Virus record (IMG/VR): IMGVR_UViG_3300044712_001933
Span: 5,606-69,605 of that record
DNA from: a virus
Length of the DNA: 64,000 nt
Direction: 5' to 3' (one strand)
Shown here: in pieces, positions 1 to 9,272 of the stretch
Layout of the letters: each line of letters opens with the position of its first letter
Position numbering within the stretch: the first letter of the stretch is position 1
Program-made: the position numbers and the translations under genes
Notes under the pieces: generated by a model
Databases searched by the model: none
The model's input: only the letters and a program-made list of their open reading frames with translations
What the model was told of the DNA's origin: nothing

Positions 1-378
1 GACCTTCTTGTCGATTCCGAGCTCTTTTCGGTACCAGAACTGCCACTTTTGTGGACTTACGAGGAGGGGCGGCTGGTGTCCCGTACAGAGGAATAGCGCA
101 CTCTGAGCCCACCCGGTCGACAAGCCGAATGAGAACATGGACACGACACCTTGGCCGGGCATGGCGTGGACGTCCTCGATAACCGCTTTAAAAGCCCCTG
201 TAGCGAGGGTTTTGATGGCTACCGCGATATCCCCCAGCTCCTTAAAGTCTCGCGTAACCATTAATCTGCCATCACCCAAACGGGCAACGGCACCAGACTT
301 GCCAGGATCGACTGCGATGATAGGAGGACCGTCAAGAACCCCAGAAAATGAAAACCCCATAGGGTTAACGTACCCCAT
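1..378 (-). CDS. ruvC: RuvC-like Holliday junction resolvase (3'-partial, runs off window)
   Basis: Not in the ORF track. Manual translation gives IIAVDPGKSGAVA...AVIEDVHAMPGQGVVSMFSFG...VSPQKWQ, typical phage RuvC motifs. Alternative start at 360. Confidence 0.85.
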   Translation of the reverse strand, partial: MGYVNPMGFSFSGVLDGPPIIAVDPGKSGAVARLGDGRLMVTRDFKELGDIAVAIKTLATGAFKAVIEDVHAMPGQGVVSMFSFGLSTGWAQSALFLCTGHQPPLLVSPQKWQFWYRKELGIDKKV

Positions 379-408
379 GGGGCTGAGTAGTACAAGTGCG
401 TAGGGAAA

Positions 409-753
409 CTAGCCGGTCCGGAACATCTCTGCCAGGCGCTCGATATCCCCCATGGTCAGCCCAGACGCTGCCAGGAATTGCTCCGGCGTCATCTGGTCTT
501 TTAGGGACGCCGTGGGCTTAGGCGTCTGGGCACGAGTGCCCGCCTGGGCCTGGACCTTGTTAGGATCCGGCGTGGCCCGGATGACATTAATGCCGTCGCT
601 GATGAACCCGGCCTCAACCTTATGGAACAGGTCGGAGGGCAGCGGCCCTGCGGGCGAGCTCTCCGGCGACCGTTGGGTCGGTGACGTATTGGTGCCCTTT
701 GGCGTATTCTTCTTGCCCGAAGACCCGGGTGTCGAAATAGGTTGTTTTGGCAT
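409..753 (-). CDS. Hypothetical protein overlapping the 3' end of the polyvalent protein gene
   Basis: 114-aa ORF filling the gap to ruvC; low-complexity N-terminus in the 134-nt overlap, helical C-terminus. Confidence 0.5.
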   Translation of the reverse strand: MPKQPISTPGSSGKKNTPKGTNTSPTQRSPESSPAGPLPSDLFHKVEAGFISDGINVIRATPDPNKVQAQAGTRAQTPKPTASLKDQMTPEQFLAASGLTMGDIERLAEMFRTG

Positions 754-3700
754 AGCTTATCTTATTCTTGTCGTCTGCGTCTAATAGTACTCTAGCTTTG
801 TCCACGTTGTCAAGCCATGCTTTTGCGTTCTCGGCATACTTGGCAGGATCCAAATGGACCGAATCGTAGCGCCCGGAGATTTCCGGGATATACTGCATGC
901 GGATGCCGAGAATCCGTCCATTTGTGTCTTTAGCAATGGTGAACCCGTCAATGCCGGCCCGCATAAACGCTTTAATGATCGGGGCTGTCTGGGCCCGGTT
1001 CAACGTCGATTTAAAGCCTACCTCCATCCCCGGCCGAGCGTTGGGGTGGTTCTGGTCGACCACGTAGGACGCGAACACGTCTTCCTGCTTCGCCCGCTGC
1101 CCAAGGTCAAAAATCTGCTTCTCGAAGTGCGGGAGAGCATCTGACCCGTGGAACGTGGCTTCAACGTCGAACGTCGGCTCGCGCTCGAACATGAACATGC
1201 CGTCTGAGGCATTCACACGAGACGCCATGAGGCCGGGCATCTTGCCAATGGCTCGGCGGAGGTCCTGGCGCTCCTTTTCAAACACGCCGATGTCTATCCC
1301 GCGCTGTTCTTTTCGCGCCCCGGGGTACTCCGGCGGCAGGAATTCTTTGCGCGCGGTGGTCACGCCCGCCTGGGCCCTGACGGAGCCGCTCAGATCCACG
1401 GCCCGGAAGTCGCCCTTCTTCTTGCCGGCGGCCTCGGTCCAGTCCTTTTTGTCCCAGAGATCCTTCTCGGCAAACCACAGGATCGCCTGCATGTCGTCAG
1501 GCTCCAGGCCGGCCTTCTCGGCAGCATATCGGAAGCCCTTTTGGGCCAGGACGAAGTCCCCACCGTACTCACCCTCTTTATTGCGGCCGTAGGACACCCC
1601 GTTTTCCTGCTGGGGCGTGATCCTCCACTGCGGCGTATCCTTGGAATAGAGCAGTCGGCGGACCATGCGGGCGGCCCAGACGTCGATCGTGGCCTCAAAG
1701 GTGCGTCCGGTCAGGTTGCCGGCAAAGTTGGGCGTCTTGGGCCCCTTGGTGCGCTCGAGCCAGTCCCCGTACAAGACGTCCAGGACTTTGGCGCTGTTCA
1801 TGCCGAAGAGCTGTCCGTCTTCCTTGGTCGGGAGCTGCCCCCAACTCGCGGGATCTCCGCCGGCTTCCCGGTGCTTGTCGTAGGAGTCCAACAAAGTGTC
1901 GAAATCTCCCCGGGAGTACATCCGCATCGCTTCCAGGGCGTAGTTCAGGTTGCTTTCGACGTCCGTGTTGGCAGACGTGGCGCCTAGCAGCTGTCCAAAC
2001 ATCTCCAGGGTGGCTCCAAAGGCTTTTTGGAACCGTTCCCGGACGTCCGCATACCAGCCCTTGCCGGCCACGATTGCCGGGATATCTTTGACCTTTAGGT
2101 ACTCCTTATACAGAAGCTTCCCTAAATGCTTCCCGCCCTTGTCTAATACTTCGGCGCTCTCCTGAGCTTTCAGGGCCTCCCGTTTGGCAATAAGCTTGTC
2201 CAGCTGTTCCTGAATCCTCGGCTTCTGGCTGACGTCGGCCTTTTTAAGGATCCTGCGCTGCGCTTCTACCTGTTTCTGGGCCGCCAAGTGCTTCGGGGCA
2301 TACTTCGCTTCAACATCCTCGGCAATTTTGACGATTGCCGGAGCGTTCATCATGCCGTAGGGGATCTTCTTATACATGAGCTTGCCCTTGTTGTCGGCTC
2401 GGATAGATCCGTCCTCAGCCAGCGCGAGCTCCAGGGGAATGGATTCTGGCCAATTTTTCTGCTCCTCTAAATTCCCAAGATGCCGGGCACGCAGCTCTTC
2501 CTGAGTGGGCGGCACGTTAGGGCTGAACCGCATGGAATACGCCCCATTGGCGTCGTAGACCATCCGGTCGTTGTAAACGAGCCGCAGCCCCTGAGCCGTT
2601 GCGGCATCCTCGAGGGCCGCGCGCTGCCCCCGGGGCAGGCTCTCAAAAGTGCTCCCGCGTCGGCCGGTAACATAGAGGGCCCCATCCTCTTTCTGAGCAC
2701 GCAGGAAATTACGGCCGGCCAGCTCGTCGTAGACGCCGGCGAGGCGATCCATGCTCTGGACCTTCAACGGCTCGCCATACACTTTTTGGTGCCAATCGGA
2801 GGCAGCAACTTCATGCCCTCCAGAGGCGTCCATCAAGGAGCCGTCGGGGCGGACCCAGAATTTGCCGGGCGTAGCGTTGGACGCTTCAGGCAGCACTTCA
2901 GAAATGAGGGACTTCGCCTCCTCGGGGGTGCTGGCGGATCCGATCTTGTAGAGCTTCCCGCCGGCAATCTTCTGCTGCAGCTCGTAGAGGCCGCCCCGCG
3001 GCACCACTTCGAACCTGTCGCCGCCGACTTCCGCGCGCCACCGGTCCGTGCCGACTTCCTGCCAGTCCAGATTCGGAGAGTAACGAGCGTCCGAGACCTC
3101 TGGGTTGAACCGCTCGGACAACGGGATGACGTTGCCCTGGTCGTCCTTCGTTACGGGGTCAAGAAGTTTGCCCGTGCCGTCGGTTTCGCCCTCTTTCAGG
3201 CCAAGCTTTGCCAGGTCAAGCCCACCCCCATCCCACGGCATCGTCTTTTGCCCCGCATCGGTCAGTATCTTGTTGACCTCGGCCTCGGACAAAATCTTGT
3301 TGACCTTCATGGATCCAGAAATGATCCACTCCCCGGTCATGTTGGGGTTCGTCTTGTACCGATACATGCCGTCGGCGGGCATCTGTTTGATGTCCGCCTT
3401 GACCGCACTGAATTTTCCGGTCTTCGGGTTGACCCCGTTCTGACGGGCCTGGGGCTGGTAGTCCTTGTCGGCCGCTACCTCGACTTCTCCCCAAACTTCG
3501 TTGGCGCGCCGGGCGTAGACGTTCCCATCCGGCCCCTTGACACCAATGTGTGTGGCCAGCGGCGTATCACCCGCGTGCCATCCCGGCCGGAAGGCTAAGT
3601 CGCCTAGCTTCGACTTCACCCCGCCGGTCTTACTCTCGGGACCCGGCAGTGCGTCGAGCCATACTCCCGTGGGAATCGCCTGGTTCGCCCCCACAAATAA

Positions 3701-6700
3701 GGGGAAGAGCTCCCCGGGCCGTTTGGGGTTCGTCGAAAAGAGCTTATACGCCTTGACCGTCTTCTGAGGGGGCGCCGTGCGCCGCACTCGGAACGCTGTC
3801 GAGCCGCTATCATCAACGATCGGCAGCCCAGACTCCTCGGCGGCCTTGTTGACCATCTGCTGGGCCTTCTCCATGTCGCCGGAATTCACGGCGTCCAGGT
3901 ATTCGGAATCGATGTCTGGGCTGAAGCGCGCGCCTTTCGGAGCTACGGCTTTCGTCCCGCCCTCGCCTTGGCCTAGCGGTGTCAGGGCGATCTTGGGAAA
4001 CGTCATCGCCACGGTCCGCTTGTCGTTCGTGTCAACAACGAGGCCGGCGTAGCCCGCGTCCCGCAGCATATCGTCGGCAGCTTCCCGATTGATCATGCTG
4101 AAATACCCCAGCGGGTCGGATTTGCCGGCGCGCAAGTCGTAAAAGCGGCTGCCGTCAACGACGGCGCCATACGCGTACTTGTTATTGAACAACGCCTCGT
4201 CCTGGCCAAAATCGGACCCTTCCAGGAACAGGTAGGACTTGTTCCCACCGCGCAGATCCCGCGGGTTCGCGGAGCCCTTGCCAAAATACTTAGGATCCAG
4301 CGTTTTGAGGTTCTGCCTCCCGCTGTAGTGAATCAGCCGGAGCGGAATGGGACCAACAGAGTAGGGCAGGGTCCCCTTACCTTTCAGCTGGATGTCGTCA
4401 GCCACAGCCGGGCTGGCCTGGATGGGTGAAGGATGAGCGGCCGGGTTGGAGCGCGCTTTTAAAGCGCTGTCCAAAACCTCGTCCGCCGTGGAATCGGGCG
4501 TGAGATTGAGCACCTTTTTCTGGTACTCGCCTCTAGCGAGCGGAGCGTCGCCAGGCTTCACCGTCTCCATGCGATCAAGCCTGAACGACCTGATAATGCC
4601 GACCCGGTCCTTGCCGGTAAGCGCTTCCCGGAGCGGGTTGGCCTTCATGTTGGCCACGTTACGGCCGATCACGACGGTGTTGATGAAATCGCGCTTTGCC
4701 TGACCGATACCGTCTTCGCCCGGGCGTCCCTCCGAGTGGTTTTTCAGGTAGGTCACGAAATCCTTGCGGAATTCTCCCTTGTCCCCGTTCCAAAGAGGAT
4801 CGAGCTTCCCGCCGGCCTGCAGCTCGGTTGCCCGTTTCTCAAACGTAGTCAGGTCGAGCATGACAAAAAGCACGTTCCCGCCCTTAGCTGCAGCCTTTCC
4901 CCCATCCAGGGACACGGTGCCTTTTTTAGTCACCACGATGGCTATCGGGATGCCCTCCCGCTCGGTGAAGGAGAGGTTGCCTAACGTCTTGCCGAGGTTC
5001 CGAGCCCATCCGCCAGGCATGCCGCCGGACGTCGAGATAGCGTGATAGATGAATTTGACGGGGGTGCCGCTGGCGATGGCTTCCTCCAACAATTTCGCGT
5101 ACCCCTTGTGGTCCTCACTATACTTTTGTAGGGCGGCAAACCACGCCGGCATCTTTGTGCCGGTGACAGCCACGCCTCCGCCGACCTGGGCCCGCGGCGC
5201 CACTTCGGGATTCGGATCCCCGATAGGCTTGACGGGCTGCTCGCCCATCGCCGCCTCTACTTCCTTGGCGCGCGCTTCCTCAGTTTTACGGACCTCCTTG
5301 GGAGTAAGCTCGCGGACCTTACCGTCAGCCGTTTGGACGACGAAGTCATTGCCGACGGTCCCATCAGCCTGTTTGTGCAGCGGTAGCGGGCCACCCTCTT
5401 TGCCCACCATCTCTTTAGTGACTGGGACAGCTTTCTCCTTAACCTCAGTGATGCCCGGCAAGCGGTTGTTAAGCTCTCGAATGTACCCATAAGTGAGTTT
5501 GCGCAGGGCAGGGGAGTCCAACACGTCGTCCAAATTCGTAAAGAGGGACTTATACCCGGGCCGGGTCTCGGTTCGAACACCGATGGCAGAAAGGATCTTA
5601 CGGCCAGCGCTGAGCGCCAGGTCGGTCAACCCCGGGGAGCGAATCACGTCGTTGTAAATGTGCTTGCCCTTTAAAGACCCAATCCCGGCGTCGGCGAAGA
5701 TTTCACCGTAGATCCAGGCATTAGAGTCACCGTAATCGACGGTCGACCGGTGCTGTTGCGACGCAAGCTCCGCGTCGATTGTGGCTTGATACTCAGGAGA
5801 AGCTTTCCATGCCTCGTACTGCTGGTACTTGCGTTCCTGGACGGCTCGCTCCGCGTCAGTTCGAGCGGAGGCGACCTGTTCAGGAGTGGCATCAGGCGTT
5901 AGCGGGGCGCTCTTCAGCTGAGCGTCTACCTCGGCGGCGTATTCCGGAGACTTCCTCCATTTTTTGAGCTCGGCATCTTTTCGGCCGACCACCAGGCGCT
6001 CCGAGTATTCGCGGGCAGCGGCCTGGAGGCGCGCAGGGTCACCAATGGCCGAGTCGATCACGGACCGGATGTGCGGGCTATTCGCCGCCTCAGACGCCAT
6101 AATGGCGTGGCTGACTTCGTGGTAAAACGTGTCGGCAAGATTCCGGCCGCCCTCCATGTTAACCAAAACGACGGGCTTATCCCCATCCCGGAAAAATCCA
6201 GCGGTGCCGTCGCCTCCGCCCTTCGCGGCATACTCGGCGCCGTTTACGAATCGGATGTCTAAACTCCTTCCAAAAGCCTTTTGGAGGCGCGCGGCCGCAA
6301 CCATGACGTCGTCGGTAATGGTGCGAGCCATCAGTTCCGGATCCGCCCCGTTGGCGAGCTGTCGCGCCACCATTTCGGTGACGTTTTGGGCGTCCGACTC
6401 CCAGACCTTGGCTTTCTTCTGCCAGGGGTGGGTGGCCAGGCGCATGCCGTAGCCGAGGGTCCCGCCCGAGCCGATGGATGCCCCGAGCTCTTCAGGATTC
6501 TCGGCGGTAAGGGCCCCGATTCCGGCACCGAACGCGGCACCGTGGGCGGTCGACTTAGCGACATCCTTGGCAAACCGGGCACCTTTTTCGACGCCGAGGC
6601 TGTCCAGAAAGGTCGCGGACACTTTCAGCCAGTCGGCAGCGTCCGGATTGGCTGCGACCTGTTTTAGCCGGGAGAACTGAGGATCAAAAGTGGTGGACAT

Positions 6701-7801
6701 GAGGTGCCGGCCGGCGTCAGCAGCACTCTGCAGACCCTGTCCAGCGACTTTCAGCCCTTTGGCCCCGGCGATCGTTGTACCGAGAGGGCCGAGGGCGCCC
6801 ACGACGCCGGCCCCGGCGCCCACGTTCGTGAGCGTTTGCGCAGCCTTCTCAGCATACGCAGGCCCCACCATTTTCTCGGCGGTCTTTTCAATGAGCTTCT
6901 CGGGGAGCTCCCCGACAAATTGAGCGGCCGCGCCGAGCTTATCAGTCGCAGCGACAGCCGTATTGGCGACCCGTTCCGCGGCTTTCCCAGGAAGCTGAGC
7001 AGCTTTTGCCGCCAGTGCCGTGAGCGTCGGGGCAGCCTCGGCGATCTTTGCGGGAAGCTGGGCAGCTTTGACGGCGGCCGCGGTCAGTGTAGGCGCAGCC
7101 TTGGCGATGGCACCCTGTACCCCATGAGTGGCCGCATGCTTGATGGCGGACTTGACAGCCGAGGACACCCCGAGAGACCCCACAAAACTGGGATCGAGGA
7201 CGTTCGAGGAAAACTCAGAAACCTGGTTGTAGGGGAGAGCCGGCAGCAGCCAGTCCGGTGTTAGATTTCCTTTACCGTCGAGCCCTTGTTCTCGTTGCTG
7301 TTGGGCGGCCTTATTCGCAATCAGCCGCTGGTAATAAGCTTGGAAATGCTCCTCGGGGGACAACTTGGTAAAATGGTCCCACGCCTTGTTAGACGCCATC
7401 CGGACCATGTTCCCCATGTCATAGAATCCGCGCGACAATCCCTCTATGGCAGAAGCCCCAAGACGGGGTGCCGTATTCCGGCCCAGGTCTGACCAAACCT
7501 CATAGGCACCCTCGCCCAAAGATTTGCCGACGCTGTTCACTCCTCCAGCAATTCCTTTCCCGAGATCGGACCAAAACCCCCCAGAGAAGAACCCCTTCGA
7601 TTGATCGTCCTCGTAAAGCTTTCGCGCCTGGGCTTCGTTAGGGATAAAAGTACTCCCCTCGGCGCCCGTCATCTGCTTGAGCTCGTCCACGGTCGGCTCC
7701 TGAGAACGGCCAGTAAACACCACCCCGTTCTCCCCTTTAGACTGTTGTGCAGAAGCTGGCTCGGCGTCCATTGTCCTGCCCGTATAGATTATGTCGTCCA
7801 T
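620..7801 (-). CDS. Large polyvalent internal virion/ejection protein (HExxH peptidase, ART-like, glycosylase-like, SAM-lyase-like domains)
   Basis: 2393 aa at the end of the ejection-gene block. Motifs FYHEVSH, IRSFRLDR, LIHYSG, YLDAVNSGD, RPGWH, DPVTKDDQGNVIPLSERF, GPKTPNF/TIDVW/QAILW. AAGGGG RBS. Confidence 0.8.
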   Translation of the reverse strand: MDDIIYTGRTMDAEPASAQQSKGENGVVFTGRSQEPTVDELKQMTGAEGSTFIPNEAQARKLYEDDQSKGFFSGGFWSDLGKGIAGGVNSVGKSLGEGAYEVWSDLGRNTAPRLGASAIEGLSRGFYDMGNMVRMASNKAWDHFTKLSPEEHFQAYYQRLIANKAAQQQREQGLDGKGNLTPDWLLPALPYNQVSEFSSNVLDPSFVGSLGVSSAVKSAIKHAATHGVQGAIAKAAPTLTAAAVKAAQLPAKIAEAAPTLTALAAKAAQLPGKAAERVANTAVAATDKLGAAAQFVGELPEKLIEKTAEKMVGPAYAEKAAQTLTNVGAGAGVVGALGPLGTTIAGAKGLKVAGQGLQSAADAGRHLMSTTFDPQFSRLKQVAANPDAADWLKVSATFLDSLGVEKGARFAKDVAKSTAHGAAFGAGIGALTAENPEELGASIGSGGTLGYGMRLATHPWQKKAKVWESDAQNVTEMVARQLANGADPELMARTITDDVMVAAARLQKAFGRSLDIRFVNGAEYAAKGGGDGTAGFFRDGDKPVVLVNMEGGRNLADTFYHEVSHAIMASEAANSPHIRSVIDSAIGDPARLQAAAREYSERLVVGRKDAELKKWRKSPEYAAEVDAQLKSAPLTPDATPEQVASARTDAERAVQERKYQQYEAWKASPEYQATIDAELASQQHRSTVDYGDSNAWIYGEIFADAGIGSLKGKHIYNDVIRSPGLTDLALSAGRKILSAIGVRTETRPGYKSLFTNLDDVLDSPALRKLTYGYIRELNNRLPGITEVKEKAVPVTKEMVGKEGGPLPLHKQADGTVGNDFVVQTADGKVRELTPKEVRKTEEARAKEVEAAMGEQPVKPIGDPNPEVAPRAQVGGGVAVTGTKMPAWFAALQKYSEDHKGYAKLLEEAIASGTPVKFIYHAISTSGGMPGGWARNLGKTLGNLSFTEREGIPIAIVVTKKGTVSLDGGKAAAKGGNVLFVMLDLTTFEKRATELQAGGKLDPLWNGDKGEFRKDFVTYLKNHSEGRPGEDGIGQAKRDFINTVVIGRNVANMKANPLREALTGKDRVGIIRSFRLDRMETVKPGDAPLARGEYQKKVLNLTPDSTADEVLDSALKARSNPAAHPSPIQASPAVADDIQLKGKGTLPYSVGPIPLRLIHYSGRQNLKTLDPKYFGKGSANPRDLRGGNKSYLFLEGSDFGQDEALFNNKYAYGAVVDGSRFYDLRAGKSDPLGYFSMINREAADDMLRDAGYAGLVVDTNDKRTVAMTFPKIALTPLGQGEGGTKAVAPKGARFSPDIDSEYLDAVNSGDMEKAQQMVNKAAEESGLPIVDDSGSTAFRVRRTAPPQKTVKAYKLFSTNPKRPGELFPLFVGANQAIPTGVWLDALPGPESKTGGVKSKLGDLAFRPGWHAGDTPLATHIGVKGPDGNVYARRANEVWGEVEVAADKDYQPQARQNGVNPKTGKFSAVKADIKQMPADGMYRYKTNPNMTGEWIISGSMKVNKILSEAEVNKILTDAGQKTMPWDGGGLDLAKLGLKEGETDGTGKLLDPVTKDDQGNVIPLSERFNPEVSDARYSPNLDWQEVGTDRWRAEVGGDRFEVVPRGGLYELQQKIAGGKLYKIGSASTPEEAKSLISEVLPEASNATPGKFWVRPDGSLMDASGGHEVAASDWHQKVYGEPLKVQSMDRLAGVYDELAGRNFLRAQKEDGALYVTGRRGSTFESLPRGQRAALEDAATAQGLRLVYNDRMVYDANGAYSMRFSPNVPPTQEELRARHLGNLEEQKNWPESIPLELALAEDGSIRADNKGKLMYKKIPYGMMNAPAIVKIAEDVEAKYAPKHLAAQKQVEAQRRILKKADVSQKPRIQEQLDKLIAKREALKAQESAEVLDKGGKHLGKLLYKEYLKVKDIPAIVAGKGWYADVRERFQKAFGATLEMFGQLLGATSANTDVESNLNYALEAMRMYSRGDFDTLLDSYDKHREAGGDPASWGQLPTKEDGQLFGMNSAKVLDVLYGDWLERTKGPKTPNFAGNLTGRTFEATIDVWAARMVRRLLYSKDTPQWRITPQQENGVSYGRNKEGEYGGDFVLAQKGFRYAAEKAGLEPDDMQAILWFAEKDLWDKKDWTEAAGKKKGDFRAVDLSGSVRAQAGVTTARKEFLPPEYPGARKEQRGIDIGVFEKERQDLRRAIGKMPGLMASRVNASDGMFMFEREPTFDVEATFHGSDALPHFEKQIFDLGQRAKQEDVFASYVVDQNHPNARPGMEVGFKSTLNRAQTAPIIKAFMRAGIDGFTIAKDTNGRILGIRMQYIPEISGRYDSVHLDPAKYAENAKAWLDNVDKARVLLDADDKNKISYAKTTYFDTRVFGQEEYAKGHQYVTDPTVAGELARRAAALRPVP

Positions 7802-7808
7802 TTTCCCC

Positions 7809-7837
7809 TTGAAGGCCCCTAAGCAGAGCGCTAATTT
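7809..7837 (+). promoter_or_regulatory. Sigma70-like promoter for the small antisense membrane gene
   Basis: TTGAAG-17-TAATTT, 8 nt before ATG 7846. Confidence 0.45.
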
Positions 7838-7845
7838 ACCCTATT

Positions 7846-7947
7846 ATGAAAAAAGCCTGGCGTATCTATGCTGGAGTCGTTGTTGGCGGCATCCTTTTCT
7901 GGATTATCTTTTTTGTAGGAGCCAACATCCTAGGATATCGATTCTAG
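7846..7947 (+). CDS. 33-aa single-TM membrane peptide (moron-like)
   Basis: MKKAWRIYAGVVVGGILFWIIFFVGANILGYRF; fills the intergenic gap, and its stop overlaps the convergent stop at 7944. Confidence 0.6.
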   Translation: MKKAWRIYAGVVVGGILFWIIFFVGANILGYRF

Positions 7948-9263
7948 CTCTGTGGCTGATTAGCCTCGGGCTTTTTGACCTCCAGCCACTTGCCGGTCTT
8001 GGGATCAAGCACCCACCCCACCGAAGCGTTCGAGGCGCGGAATTCCGCCTCAGACGTGAACTTGGGAGCCTCCTGTCCCTCTTGTGCCGGCTGACCTTGT
8101 CCGGGCGGCATCAAAGTGACACGCGGCTTGATGCCCGGTGTCTGATCCTCCCCAACGGACGCCGCTTGCCCCGGCTCCTGGAAATTAGAGACACTCCGGC
8201 CGGCGTTCTTTAACGTCTCCAAAAGCCGAGCCCGCGATTCAGTGAGACGAGTACGTAGCGCTTTCAACTTCTTCACGGTGACGATCTGACTATCCGTCAA
8301 CCTGGGGAATTGCTTTTTATACTCCTCGCGGTCCGAGTCCGTGAGCACCCCGACTTCACCAAACACGCCACGGGCGAGATTCGGAGTCGCGGCACCTACA
8401 GCCTGATCATAAAGGGCCCCCTCGTAGTTGCCGGGCCAGTACTGTTTATAGAGTCCCGTGACCAGGGCCTTGCCTGCCTCAAAAATACCTCCGGCGTTCT
8501 CGCCGACAGGCTTCCCTCCCATGACCATTTTTTCGATGGCGTCCAAATCAGATTCGGCCTGCATGATCGACCCCAGCCGGGTTATCTCGCCCGCCTGAAG
8601 ATTCTGCCTGTCGTTCTTCTTATCGGCCCAAGGGTGGGTAGTGCTGCCGTCCTTGACAAACTTGAGCGTCTCGCCAGTTTCTGGATCTGTCGCAGTGACC
8701 ACTTGCAGCGGCTGAACTTTAGGGGTGAGCTTGAGGGCCTCGCCTCCCTTTCCGTCCCGCGTCAACTCGCTGATCTGCATACCCTCGGGAAGCTTGAGCG
8801 GAGGCTGAATCGGACCGTATCTCGCAGTCTGTGCCCGGTCGAATTCTTGCGCAATCTCAGGAACGGACAACTGGATGGGCGTGCCTGCCCGGAAGTTGTC
8901 GATGACCGTCTGCTGGGTGTCTGGATCCAGCATGGAGAACGATTTATCCTTGAAAAAGGAACCGGGCTGAAACGCGTTGCTGGCATCAGTAAGCGCCTTC
9001 TTGCGAGCTTCGGCATCCAGGGCCTGCTGGAACGTGCTTTGGGCCGACTGAAGGGCCAGCTTGCCCTGGTTGATATTTAACTCGTCCAGCGGCTTCTGAC
9101 GGTTCTGTTCAGCCTGCCAGCGAGTCTGCTCCTGCCCCATCCGCTGTTGTTCGAGGTCCCGGGCTTTTCTCGCGTTGCGGATCTGCATCGCGTTAGCAAT
9201 CCCTTGACCGAGCAGCTCAAACGGCTTGAAAAATCCCGACTGATCCAATCCCACGTATGCCAT
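7944..9263 (-). CDS. Internal virion (ejection) protein
   Basis: 439 aa, Gln/Ala-rich helical, positioned before the giant protein; AAGGGG RBS. Confidence 0.6.
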   Translation of the reverse strand: MAYVGLDQSGFFKPFELLGQGIANAMQIRNARKARDLEQQRMGQEQTRWQAEQNRQKPLDELNINQGKLALQSAQSTFQQALDAEARKKALTDASNAFQPGSFFKDKSFSMLDPDTQQTVIDNFRAGTPIQLSVPEIAQEFDRAQTARYGPIQPPLKLPEGMQISELTRDGKGGEALKLTPKVQPLQVVTATDPETGETLKFVKDGSTTHPWADKKNDRQNLQAGEITRLGSIMQAESDLDAIEKMVMGGKPVGENAGGIFEAGKALVTGLYKQYWPGNYEGALYDQAVGAATPNLARGVFGEVGVLTDSDREEYKKQFPRLTDSQIVTVKKLKALRTRLTESRARLLETLKNAGRSVSNFQEPGQAASVGEDQTPGIKPRVTLMPPGQGQPAQEGQEAPKFTSEAEFRASNASVGWVLDPKTGKWLEVKKPEANQPQS

Positions 9264-9272
9264 AAATCCCCC

